From Nemertoderma westbladi (Eukaryota; Animalia; Xenacoelomorpha), in contig JAUCBJ010007042.1 in assembly GCA_032718475.1 (NCBI GenBank), positions 50,814 to 114,813 of the forward strand: a DNA stretch of 64,000 nucleotides, read 5' to 3'. Position 1 is the stretch's first letter; each line of letters begins with the position of its first letter. Below, one piece after another: positions 1 through 10,700 of this stretch. Both the position numbers and the translations under genes were made by a program. Below the pieces are notes generated by a model that saw only the letters and a program-made list of their open reading frames with translations, searched no databases and was not told the DNA's origin.

Positions 1-374
1 TTAGCATACAGTGTAGGTGTGTCTGGGGGACTGTATGACTAGACTGTTGCCATACACAGTGTATGGTGAGTCTATATGGGGGACTGTATGACTGAGTCTG
101 TTAGCATACAGTGTAGGTGTGTCTGGGGGACTGTATGACTGGATCTGTTAGCATACAGTGTAGGTGTGTCTGGGGGACTGTATGACTGAGTCTGTTAGCA
201 TACAGTGTAGGTGTGTCTGGGGGACTGTATGACTAGACTGTTGCCATACATAGTGTATGGTGAGTCTATATGGGGGACTGTATGACTGAGTCTGTTATCA
301 TACAGTGTAGGTTTGTCTGGGGGACTGTATGACTGAGACTGTTAGCATACAGCGTAGGTGTGTCTGGGAGACGG
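1..374. repeat. Tandem minisatellite, ~47-bp unit with ~54-bp variants; runs off the window start
   Basis: Repeated GTTAGCATACAGTGTAGGTGTGTCTGGGGGACTGTATGACTGAGTCT; each unit has an internal inverted pair CATACAG...CTGTATG. Abuts the LTR at 375. Confidence 0.9.
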
Positions 375-2460
375 TGTTAAACAAACTACCCCGGCCTAAC
401 CAATAAAGACACAAAACTGCAAACTGCTCTATTTATTAGACAGGGCAATCAGGAGCGTATTATTGCTAATGTGAGGGGCTGCTAAATACAAAACCGCTAC
501 TTACCGTTAGATGGCGCTAACCTGCCGTCCGCTAATATGTTTTACTAATTTTCTACCAGTCTACGGCTCCTGCTAATTTCTTGTTCCTTTCTCTACCAAT
601 TACTCGATAGAGAGCTAACTGTTCGAATATATGAGCCACGCGGGAATAACCAAAACAACAAACCCGAATCGGCTCCCTAAGCTGACTTAAAACGAGTGTG
701 AGAGGTTTTACACTCAGAGTATATTCTTACGCCTAATCTTACTGTTAAAGTACGCCAATGCCTACGTCTTTTCTAATCGCGAATACTGGGGGTTCCCTAA
801 CGGAATGTGTGAATGCGAGAATATTTAAAATAATCAAAGTGGTACAGTGTTTATTAGGGCTAATACCTATAGTGGGACTAAACTTGTCTGCGGCTGGCTT
901 TAGGCCAGCAAATTACTAATGCGTTTTGCGTACTGAATACTGCTATCTAGCTTATTGCCCGCTAATTAAAATAACCGCTCAGCGTGAATAGTTTACGGTA
1001 CTCTAATTATTACCTTAGCTACTCTCCGCTATGCTGCGTACTAATTCTTAATTTTACTAATTAATTACAGTCACAAATATGTAACAGCCTAAAATACTGT
1101 ATTACTTTGACCTAATCAGTAATTATTTACAGTAAACTAAGAGATAGAAATCAATCAAAGGGAAAAGAGCGCCTATCTAAGCATTCGTAATCTTAGGCAC
1201 ACTTTAGTAACACACCAATCAGCGTCAGCAATCACAGCTCGCAATGCGCGATTCACAATTGTACAATCCGCAATGCACGCAATTAGCAATTACACAGCAC
1301 AATATAATAATTCGCAATACTGCAATACATGCAATTCGCAATTGTAAAGCACGCAGACCTCTCCCGGGTACATCTAGGCTTCCTAACTAACCCAATTCCT
1401 GCCCCCCTAATACTAAATAGAGACAAAACCTGGATCATCAGCCCCCTAATTACTGTACCAGCGAGCTGCCCCCACGCTACAATGCAAATTGCCCGACCGC
1501 AACGGTGACCCCCCGCCAGCGTTGCTCGCCTTTGAATCCTCCGCTCCCTTCGTCGCTAACCCCCCGATGTGCCCACCGCCCACTGGCGCCTTAGCCCTCC
1601 ATTATGCTAATAGCTACCGTAGCGGCGCATGCAAATCACAAAGTCTGACAGTCTCAGAAATCCCTTAGGATTATTGCGCAGAAAGGAATCACATAGAACC
1701 ATTAATCAAAGAGTAGAAATCATAGTTCAATTGTAATTAGCAGTAATCGAAGGAATTATTGAGAAACACAAGCAAGTAATCGCACTAGCAAATCATTTCA
1801 AGAAATTAATCAAATTAGCAAATTGCAGAAAAAATAAGTATCAAGAAAAAACAGCAAGACAGGTGCTAGGGCTAGGTGTCATGTGATGAGTTGGTGAGGC
1901 TCTACCGGCACACCGCCAATTTATAGGTGATCCGGATGGGGTGATGCAATAGGGTGACTCAATCGCTTTCTTATTGGCTCTCCAGTCCGTGCTAGCACTA
2001 GACCAACCTGGAAGCAGCTAGTCCAATAAGGAGGCCGGATTGTAGCCCTATTTGCTCCCCTTCCTCGAATTATTACCATATATGGTAATGGTTCACGTCT
2101 CTGGCTGCTGAATGGCCAGGACAGCGTCCCTATATGCTAGCCCTACTAAAGCTAATATCAGCAAGCACGGAATCCAGGGTCCGAATAAACTTACCCTGGA
2201 ACTATCTACATATTACCTAATACAAAATTACGTAGGTAGGGCTACATACTATACAAAATGGATGGATTCAAATATATGGGTGTTTCGATTTCCCTATCTA
2301 AATACCACTGCGTTATTATGCCTTATCTAAAATATCATGCTGCACAACGGACTAATATTACATACAGTATAACGGACTAATATTGCATACTGCATAACGG
2401 ACTAATATTGCATACTGCATGATGACTAATATTATGGATACAGCGCCATATACCGTAACA
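375..2460 (-). repeat. 3' LTR of BEL element 1 (2086 bp)
   Basis: Matches 14326-16411 with no differences seen by eye; 5-bp terminal inverted repeat TGTTA/TAACA; short purine-rich tract (GGAGCGG on minus, 2461-2467) immediately upstream in element orientation. Confidence 0.95.
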
Positions 2461-3372
2461 CCGCTCCAAGGGAAATCATACAATGTTTCCCTCCAATTGT
2501 AGAAGAGTATAAGGTGATGTATACAAAACAAAATAAATTTCTTCCAACCAATCTAAATAACATAATAATTCTACTATTTACAAATATTGCCATAGATATT
2601 GCATAATGAATTTACATACAAATTAAAATTACAAAATACTGTTTCTCGTTCGTTCTACATAATGATTACTACATACAAAATTAAATTACAAAATATTACT
2701 TCCTTTATTTACTTACAAATTGACGATCTACATATTGAAATGAAACATGGCTAGGACAATGTCCCCCATTTCCCATTATTTCCAATCGGACTACAAAATA
2801 AAGGTATTTCCTTTCAATATTTTTCGGCCTTCGAAAATAAATTTCTAAAATATGGATACGACTAGTGTATATGAGTCCAGTCGAATGATTGATCAAAACC
2901 TACGATATACATCAGAGCGACGATGATGTATATATCTAGAGTCTGTCGCTCCGTGATATTATAGTCTCATCGGCTAGCTCCTGGGTCTCTCGGGCTCGCT
3001 CCCCTCCCCAGATACACCAGTCTACCCCCTGTAGACTCTGTTGACGGCGTTCTTGAGGCGTCACTTCCCGGAACCGGCGACGACGTTCCCTGGGCACCGA
3101 CGATCTCCCGACTGGTGCTCCTCCCTCGGCCTCGTCCCATTTGCCGTGTCCCTGTGGGCGCCTCCGCCAACTCCTCCTTCAACTTTATAGAGTGGAACTG
3201 CTCGTCCTTGGCTTGACGCTTGCCAAGGACTCCTCCTTCTGGTACATGCCGCGAGCTGTGAGCTCCGGCTGTTGTCGCTGTGGGCGCGGCGGTCCTGATC
3301 CTCCACTCGTTCAGAGGTCAATGACCCCAAACGAGTCTCCTTAGGCCGCCAATTGTGCGCTGGGTAATAATT

Positions 3373-4089
3373 CTAGACGTATATATCAGAGCGACGATGA
3401 TATATAAAGGATTGGACATATTCGGGCTTAATAATGCGTTCGTCGAAACTTCCCGAAATAATTTGGAGTAAATATCGTATAAACCGCGGATCTTGGATAT
3501 AGTTAGTAGACGGATGGACGGCGCGAATCTCGTCTGGATACTCAGGCGTGAGCTTCCTCTCCTGGTGAAGCGAAGTGAACGTGGTCCAGGAACTCGAGTC
3601 CCGTACCGCTTCGCGCCGCGCCTCTAGATCCTTATAGGCTCGGTACAGCGAAATGGCCGCTGCCGTCTCTATCAAACTGGGTGTCGAACAGGGTTTAATC
3701 TCCGTATACGGATCTAATGTCGTAACGGTCGGCGTAATGGGTCTCGGAGGTCGCTTTCCGCTGAAGTCGATACTGATCATCGGGTTGCTCATCGGGTAAC
3801 CTCCCTCGTTATATCTAAGGAATTGGTGAGCTGGACATCGCGTTAATATCGGTTCTGGATGTTGCTCGTCTAGTCGGTCGGGAATCGTGGGTTTGTATTT
3901 CCCATTTAGCTCCATCACCGACCGCCCATGGTAGTAAACGTTCGAGTCTTTACATCCCGGTCGCGCGAATGGTAACTCCGCCTCCTCTCTGGCAGTAAAT
4001 CCTCTGCGCGGTTGCGCTCTAATATCCTTCTCCATTATGCCCGCGTATACACATATATATCCCAATAAGTGTTCCGTTACGCAAACCAA
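3373..4089 (-). CDS. Orphan accessory ORF of BEL element 1 in the env position (238 aa; first ATG gives MEKDIRAQ...)
   Basis: Open frame between the pol stop and the 3' LTR, same strand as pol; no recognisable domain, signal peptide or TM segment. The frame continues past one TAG to 3061. Confidence 0.55.
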   Translation of the reverse strand: MVCVTEHLLGYICVYAGIMEKDIRAQPRRGFTAREEAELPFARPGCKDSNVYYHGRSVMELNGKYKPTIPDRLDEQHPEPILTRCPAHQFLRYNEGGYPMSNPMISIDFSGKRPPRPITPTVTTLDPYTEIKPCSTPSLIETAAAISLYRAYKDLEARREAVRDSSSWTTFTSLHQERKLTPEYPDEIRAVHPSTNYIQDPRFIRYLLQIISGSFDERIIKPEYVQSFIYHRRSDIYV

Positions 4090-4796
4090 TTACACTGTGG
4101 GTAATCAGTTAGATGTCGCCGAAGGACAGACTTCCCGAACCCCCCTTCCAGCTGCCTTCCAGCAGTTCAGGTTCGACTCTCTAGATCCCGTCTCTTCCTA
4201 ACTATCCTCTAACCTATTCCCATGCATAGCGCAAAAACTTTGGAGATAAACTGGCCGTGACCAACTCACTTTTTGATGCCCAAACTACTCCCATTACTCG
4301 TACTAAACTACAGTAGTTAGAAAGGACTATAGCCACAATACTCGACTATACCAAACCCACAGGTTTGATAATCGAACATCACACATCCTGCAAACTACTG
4401 AGTGGGGTCCATGTACGCCTCTGGTGCTACTAACCTTTAGCACCTTAGTTGCACTGTTGGCACCAATCTGTGGAAGTTGCTAAACTCAATTTACACTCCT
4501 ACGTAATATAGCCGTCACCATGGTTTCTAAATGCTATTTTCCAGGCTTCACGACTTTTCAAATTACTGTTTATCTATAGACGAATTCTAAAACGCGTCTA
4601 TACACAGCGTCTGGAATTGTCTTGGGTTCACTTTTCTAATTTTAAAATTTTCTAATTTTTCCAAAAATTTTTGAAAATAAAATTTTGTTTTGATACCCAC
4701 CAGACAAAACTCAACGCAAATCACCACAACCCCGCTCCTATGCATTTCCTTGTATTTGCATACGAGGAATGCATACGAAGTGAGTTGCGTCCAACA

Positions 4797-7700
4797 CTAA
4801 TTCTGTTTTGAGGCAGGAGACAAATTATAATCTCCCGTCTCGATACGTGTCTCCTCTAATAACACAATATCTTGGACCGGTCGGTCCAAGGTGTGTAAAC
4901 CATTAGTTTTACACTTTTTTGGGTGCGGACACTTGCACCTAATTTTCACAGTGACTGTGCGCACTATGTTTTGCACGTCTGGGTGTGTGTGCAAGATCAC
5001 TCCCGTCTCCCAATACTTTCTCTTGATAATCGGCTCGGTTATCAACACGTAATCTCCCCTTTGGAGACTCCGAACCGTCTTGTACCACTTTGTTCTGGTG
5101 GATATGGTGGGAAGATAGTATTCCCGCCAATATTCCCAGAATGTGTACGCCACAAACTGTGTTACTTTCCAGCTTTTACGACTATATAGGTCGGCACTAA
5201 TGGGTTCTGATGCCGGCACAAGAAATGCTGGACTCTGCATTAGCAAATGATTCGGCGTTAATGCAACACCGTCTGGCAACATAGCTATCGGCCTCGAGTT
5301 TAGGGTATGCTCGATTTCAATGAAAGCTGTGACCAGTTCGTCGTCGGTAAGTTGTTTGTTTACAGGCAACGTTTTGGCAATGGCCTGCTTCACAGAGCGA
5401 ACTAAACGCTCCCAACTTCCTCCTCTCCAAGGACTTTCTGGAGTATTGAATCTCCACTCTACTCTTTGCGGCAAAAGTGCTGCAGAAATTTCCTTATTCT
5501 GTGCTGCTTTATGAGCCGCGTTCAACTCGCTATTCCCTCCGACAAAGTTTGTACCCTTGTCAGAGTAGAACGCCTTTACTAGTCCTCTCCTGGCCATAAA
5601 TCTCTTCAAGGCCAGGAGCAGAGATTTGGTCGACATGTCTGCCACACGCTCAATGTGTATGGCTCTACTCGCCATACATGTCAGTAGCAGACCCCATCGC
5701 TTGTGGGTCAGCCGTCCACTCTTTGCTTCAATCGGACCAAAACAATCCACCCCTGTGTTCGTAAAGGGTGGGTCATATGCCTGCACTCTCGCTTCCGGGA
5801 GTTCAGCCATCTCCTGTTCCAATACTCTGGCGTTCACTCTCTTGCAAACCAGACAGGCGTCGTACATAGTGCCTACTGCCCTGCTTGGCTGCAATAGAAT
5901 GAATCGCTGTCTCGCTGCCGACAGACAGTGTAACTTTCCCGCGTGATGCAACCTCTTGTGTATATCCCATAGAATCGCTCTTTGCAATTCTATTGGGTGA
6001 CTAGGGATTATCACTGGGAACCGAAACTGTGAGTTTATGTCGACAGTCTGGATTCTCGATCTATGACAAATTAAACCCTTATGGATTAATGGACTCCATT
6101 TTCTAAGGGGTTTATAGAGAACTGGTCGTTGAGCCGATAATAGATGGAATTCTTTAGGGAAGGCACACATTTGATAATGTCTCAAATGCCTTAATTCCGC
6201 TTGATCAATCTCATCCTCTGTCAGAGGTTGTTTCAATTTTCGAATTCGCTCACTATTGGTGCTCGTTCGTTCTCTCAAATGTTTCGAATGTTTTAAACAA
6301 AGGTACGAAACGTATCGGCTTAACCACGCAGTTCTTTTACAAATTGTCAGCCAAGAGGCAGACGAATTTAGTAATTTGTCATAAATACTGCATGACTCTA
6401 ATGCCAGCGACGGTTGTCCGCTAATTAACGGAAGTTTCGAATCCAAACCCGCAGGTTTGGAAACCAAAGGATCCATTGTGTCGGTCATTTTCTGTCCGTC
6501 ACTTACCAACTGTGACTCCGGTTTAGTCTGTAAGGGCGGTTTTATGTCATAACTTACCCTTCCTGACCTAGTAGTCACGTAAGTCTGTTGGTCTGACAGG
6601 TCTCCGGGCCGCTCCAATGACTCTTCAGGCCGCTCCAATGACTTAAGTTTGGCTTTAGACTTTGACTTAGAGACTTTCTCCACCTTGACTTCTGCATCTT
6701 CAGGCATCGGATTGGTCACTATCTTTAGTCGCTCTGGCCAATGTTCCTGTGTCCTCGTTAGAAAATCAGGTCCATGCAACCAAAACTCCTGCGACTCTTC
6801 CCGACAGAATTCCGCCGGCATTGCACCTCTTGAAGTTATGTCGGCCGGGTTCAACACTCCCGGACAATGTCTCCACTGTTCCTTCGTCGGAAAATCAACG
6901 ATCTGAGCGCGTCTATTGGCCACAAATGTCTTTAGTGCAATATTGTCGGCCGCAATGTATACTAACACCAAGGATGCGTCCGTCCAATAGAATAAGGTCA
7001 ATGTCGTGTCTAACTCCTCAATTATTTGCTTACTTACCTCGACCGAAACTACAGCCGCCTGTAATTCTGCACGAGGGACAGTCATGTATTTGACCGGCAT
7101 TGTCTTTGATCTAGAAGTCACAAAGGCCGTCTCAAACTTGTCCTGACTTACCTCTCGGCGAAGGTAGGCTACCATACCAAAGCCGGTGTCACTTGCGTCA
7201 CTGAATAAGTGGAGTTCGAGATCAGCTGGAAATACCAGCTGATTCGGAAAGTAGGATCGGGGTACATCTATATTTTTCAATAGATGCAACTCGGCTTCCC
7301 ACTCCCTCCACTGTTTTGCATGTATAGGAGATATTGGTTCGTCCCACTCTAAGTCGGACAACCAAATTTTCCTCATGCACGCTCGTGCCTGTAATATAAC
7401 CGGACTGATAAAGTTCATCGGGTCAAATAGTCTACTCAATGTCGATAAGCAAATCCTCTTAGTCAAAACTTTGTCTGGGCTACTGGGCTCAAATCTAACT
7501 CTTACCTGGAACTTATCTGAGTTCGGGTTCCAAGCGAGTCCCAGTACTCGCGCCATGGGGATTGGTTCTACCCCCAATTCTATGTCTCCGCTCCCGCGAT
7601 CTTTTACCGGGAACGATTCTAATAGGGCCTCCGAATTAGTAGTGAACTTGGTCAGAGGAAAACCCCCTGTAGCCAAGCACTCTTGCAGGCCGTGAGCCAC

Positions 7701-10700
7701 TTCTATGGCTTGTTCCGCCGTGTCCTTGGACACCAATCCGTCGTCCATATAGAAGTTTCTCAATATAGACTCGATTACTTCTACTGGATACTTACCAATC
7801 TGGGCTGTTGCCGTTTTCTTTAGAACAAACAGCGTGCCGTTTGGACTATCGCGGGCGCCAAATATCCTAACGTACATCTGATATGTAACCACTGGGCCGG
7901 ATAAGTCTTCATTCTCATACCAGAGAAAGCGAAGGCTATCCTGGTCTGCCTTACAGGCTCTTACCTGGTGGAACATCGCCTCGATGTCACAAGTAAATGC
8001 GAATCGCCGCTGTCTAAAACGCAACAGTATTCCAATCAAATAGTTATTCAGGTTGGGACCATCCATCAACTCTGAATTCAGGGACATACCTCTATAGACT
8101 GCTGCGCAGTCGTTGACTACTCGGACTTTGTCTGGCTTGTCAGGGTGAGTCACATAGTGGTGTGGAAGGTAATAAGTCTGGTCTGTCACTAAGTCAGGGT
8201 CCTCTACCTTCCCAGCAAATCCCTTGGCGAAATAGTTGTTGATCTGGGCGCAATACTTCTCCCTAATGTCCGGATTCTTCAACAACCGAGCCCTTACTCC
8301 GTTTAATCTTTTCAAGGCTAAGCTGTAGTTGTTCTCCAACTTAGGTGGTTGTCGACGCCACAACATTCCAACTTCAAAATGTCCAGTCGGTAGCAGACGT
8401 ATGGTATCTTCCATCATCTCCAGCGACCGCTTCTCATCAGTAGACATGGCTAGGTCATATCCACCGGGTTCCATTGCGTCCCTATCCAGCCATTCGACGG
8501 TTCTGGCTCCTGTCTCGAGGTCCTGGCGTATCAATTCCTTCTGTAATTCCTCCTCACTGTATTGGAAAATGTCTAGGTCTCGATATTTAGCCACCTGACC
8601 CTCCACTATGTCTGTATAAGTCAAAACGTTAGTCAAATAGGTAGCGTGGGCCGCTGAACCAGACCCACGGGTCTGATAACAGTAGTCCTCGGGTTCACTA
8701 TCTGTCCGGTCGTTGTGAAGTGGTTCCGACAACCTAACATTATCGGGAATCAACTCCTCGTCCGACTCGCTAAAGTCACTATAGTGGTCAATACAGGTTC
8801 TCCTAAACTCGTCTATGTCTGGTGGTTCTACTAACGGTGGTTGAATTATAGGCTGTAATTCATCGTATCTGTTCATTGGCTTGTCGCCACCTGTAAACTC
8901 ATAAGACATGGGTACTCTTGTATACCAACCTAGTATGGTCCTATGGGCATGTGGTCCATTGACATGCGGCTCAGCTGGTTTCGTTTCCCATATCTGGTGT
9001 GCGATCAGCTGTTCTGCACCAATCAACATAGAAACATTCCTATAACCTACCTGGTGTCTGGGTATCCTGAGCTTGTCAAAATACTCCTGTGCTATGGGAC
9101 TCATCGGCGGCACCTTACCTAACTGCCTGCCGAATCCCTTCATAGCTAGACACTTAAATCCGTCCAATGGCAAAGCTTTCCGTTCTTGTCGAGTGTGTTG
9201 GTCTCTCGGAAGTAGGGAATCAAGTTCTACCGAAATTCTGTGTCCCTTGAGGTCTCCTACCCCATGCATAGACTTCAACTCTATTTGGATCTCCTCTGCG
9301 TCCTGGAAGCTAGAAACAGCTCTCGCCACTTCTTCGTCGATATAAGATAATGTGGACGCAGTGTCCAACATCACATATATTCGCTTCGATCCCTTATCGC
9401 CAGTGAGTTTCACCGGAATCACGCTAAATATTTCCGACGTGGCCGATGATAAATACGTCCGCGCGCTGGTCGATGAACTATCCGCGGTGAAACCTTGGCA
9501 GGTCACTTCTCTTGCGCTCGACTCGCCATCTTCGTCCGACGAACCTGGTTGGTAACCATCGTCCTGGATGCCAGTATACGTATTCCTCCTTATCGATACG
9601 GGTTCTTTGCTCCCCTTCCTGTGAGGATTTCGCTGTAAGTAACGGTCCGTTGGGGTGTGGAAATCCGCATGTAGCAACTTGTGATGTAGTCTGCCGCATT
9701 CCATGCATCCGTCCTTGCTGTTCGGGCACTGCCGCCGTACATGGCCTGGCGCAAGACATGCCCAACAGGTGTCCAACGTCCGAACTTGAACTCTTCTCTG
9801 TTCCGAATTTAATTCTTTGAACCGTCTGCAACTATCTAACTTATGGTCGTCAGATCTTACCTCCTTTAGTAAACAGTATTGGCAACCTACAAATCCATCC
9901 GGCAACTCCTGTTGCTTTAACCTAGGTCTATCTAACCGCTCACCTGACCATACTCGCGAGTCTGATCTAAAGGCTGGGGTACTCGAATTATATCTGTCTA
10001 CTGAGTTATAAGTCACAGTGGTCCTGTCATCGTCAAAACTTACCATAGACTTACCGGTAACAGGTTTAGACTCCCTCATATTCTCCTCTGAGAAGTTTGA
10101 TTTCATCTCTGCTACTGCGTCTGTGGCTATCATGTCATGAATATGCTGAAGTGTCAATACTTTACCTTGGCCCTCCAACTTATTCTCTAATTTGCGCCAT
10201 TTCTGTCGGTAACGCATGTTTAGACGTCTTATTACGCTTTTCAAAACCTCGGCGTGATCACCATGATGAGGTAGATTCACCGTCCTCAAGATGTCCAATG
10301 CGTTCGAAATAGCGTTCGCTAAGTTCAACAGCTCTAACGGAGTTGTAATCCTTCCGCCCTTACCCAAGTCTTCTACTATCGACTGCGCCATCTTGGTTTT
10401 ATTCCCGTAGATGTCACTAAGTGTCTTCATCGCTAACTCAAACGCTCTCTCGTTGCCGACGAAGTTGTCAGCAATGGCTCTAGGTTCTCGATGGAGCATC
10501 TGAAGCAAATAGTTGAACTTCTCGTTGGGAGTAAAGGTGCTGTTGGTTAGCTGCTCGTCGACATAGGTTTTAAAGGTCCTCCAGTGCTTATGGTTGCCCA
10601 TAAACTTCTGGGGTTGTTGCGTCGGCAGTCCTTGCCTAGCAGCAAACTTACCTATGTCCCTAAGGGTTGCGTCGTTCCGGGTTAACAAATGGTTTAGTTC

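Noticed and set aside
2112-2330. 72-aa ORF duplicated at 16063-16281
   Set aside because: It lies antisense in the LTR; the duplication is just the LTR pair and there are no protein features.
3373-4089. Envelope gene
   Set aside because: No signal peptide, transmembrane helix or fusion-protein cysteine pattern is visible.
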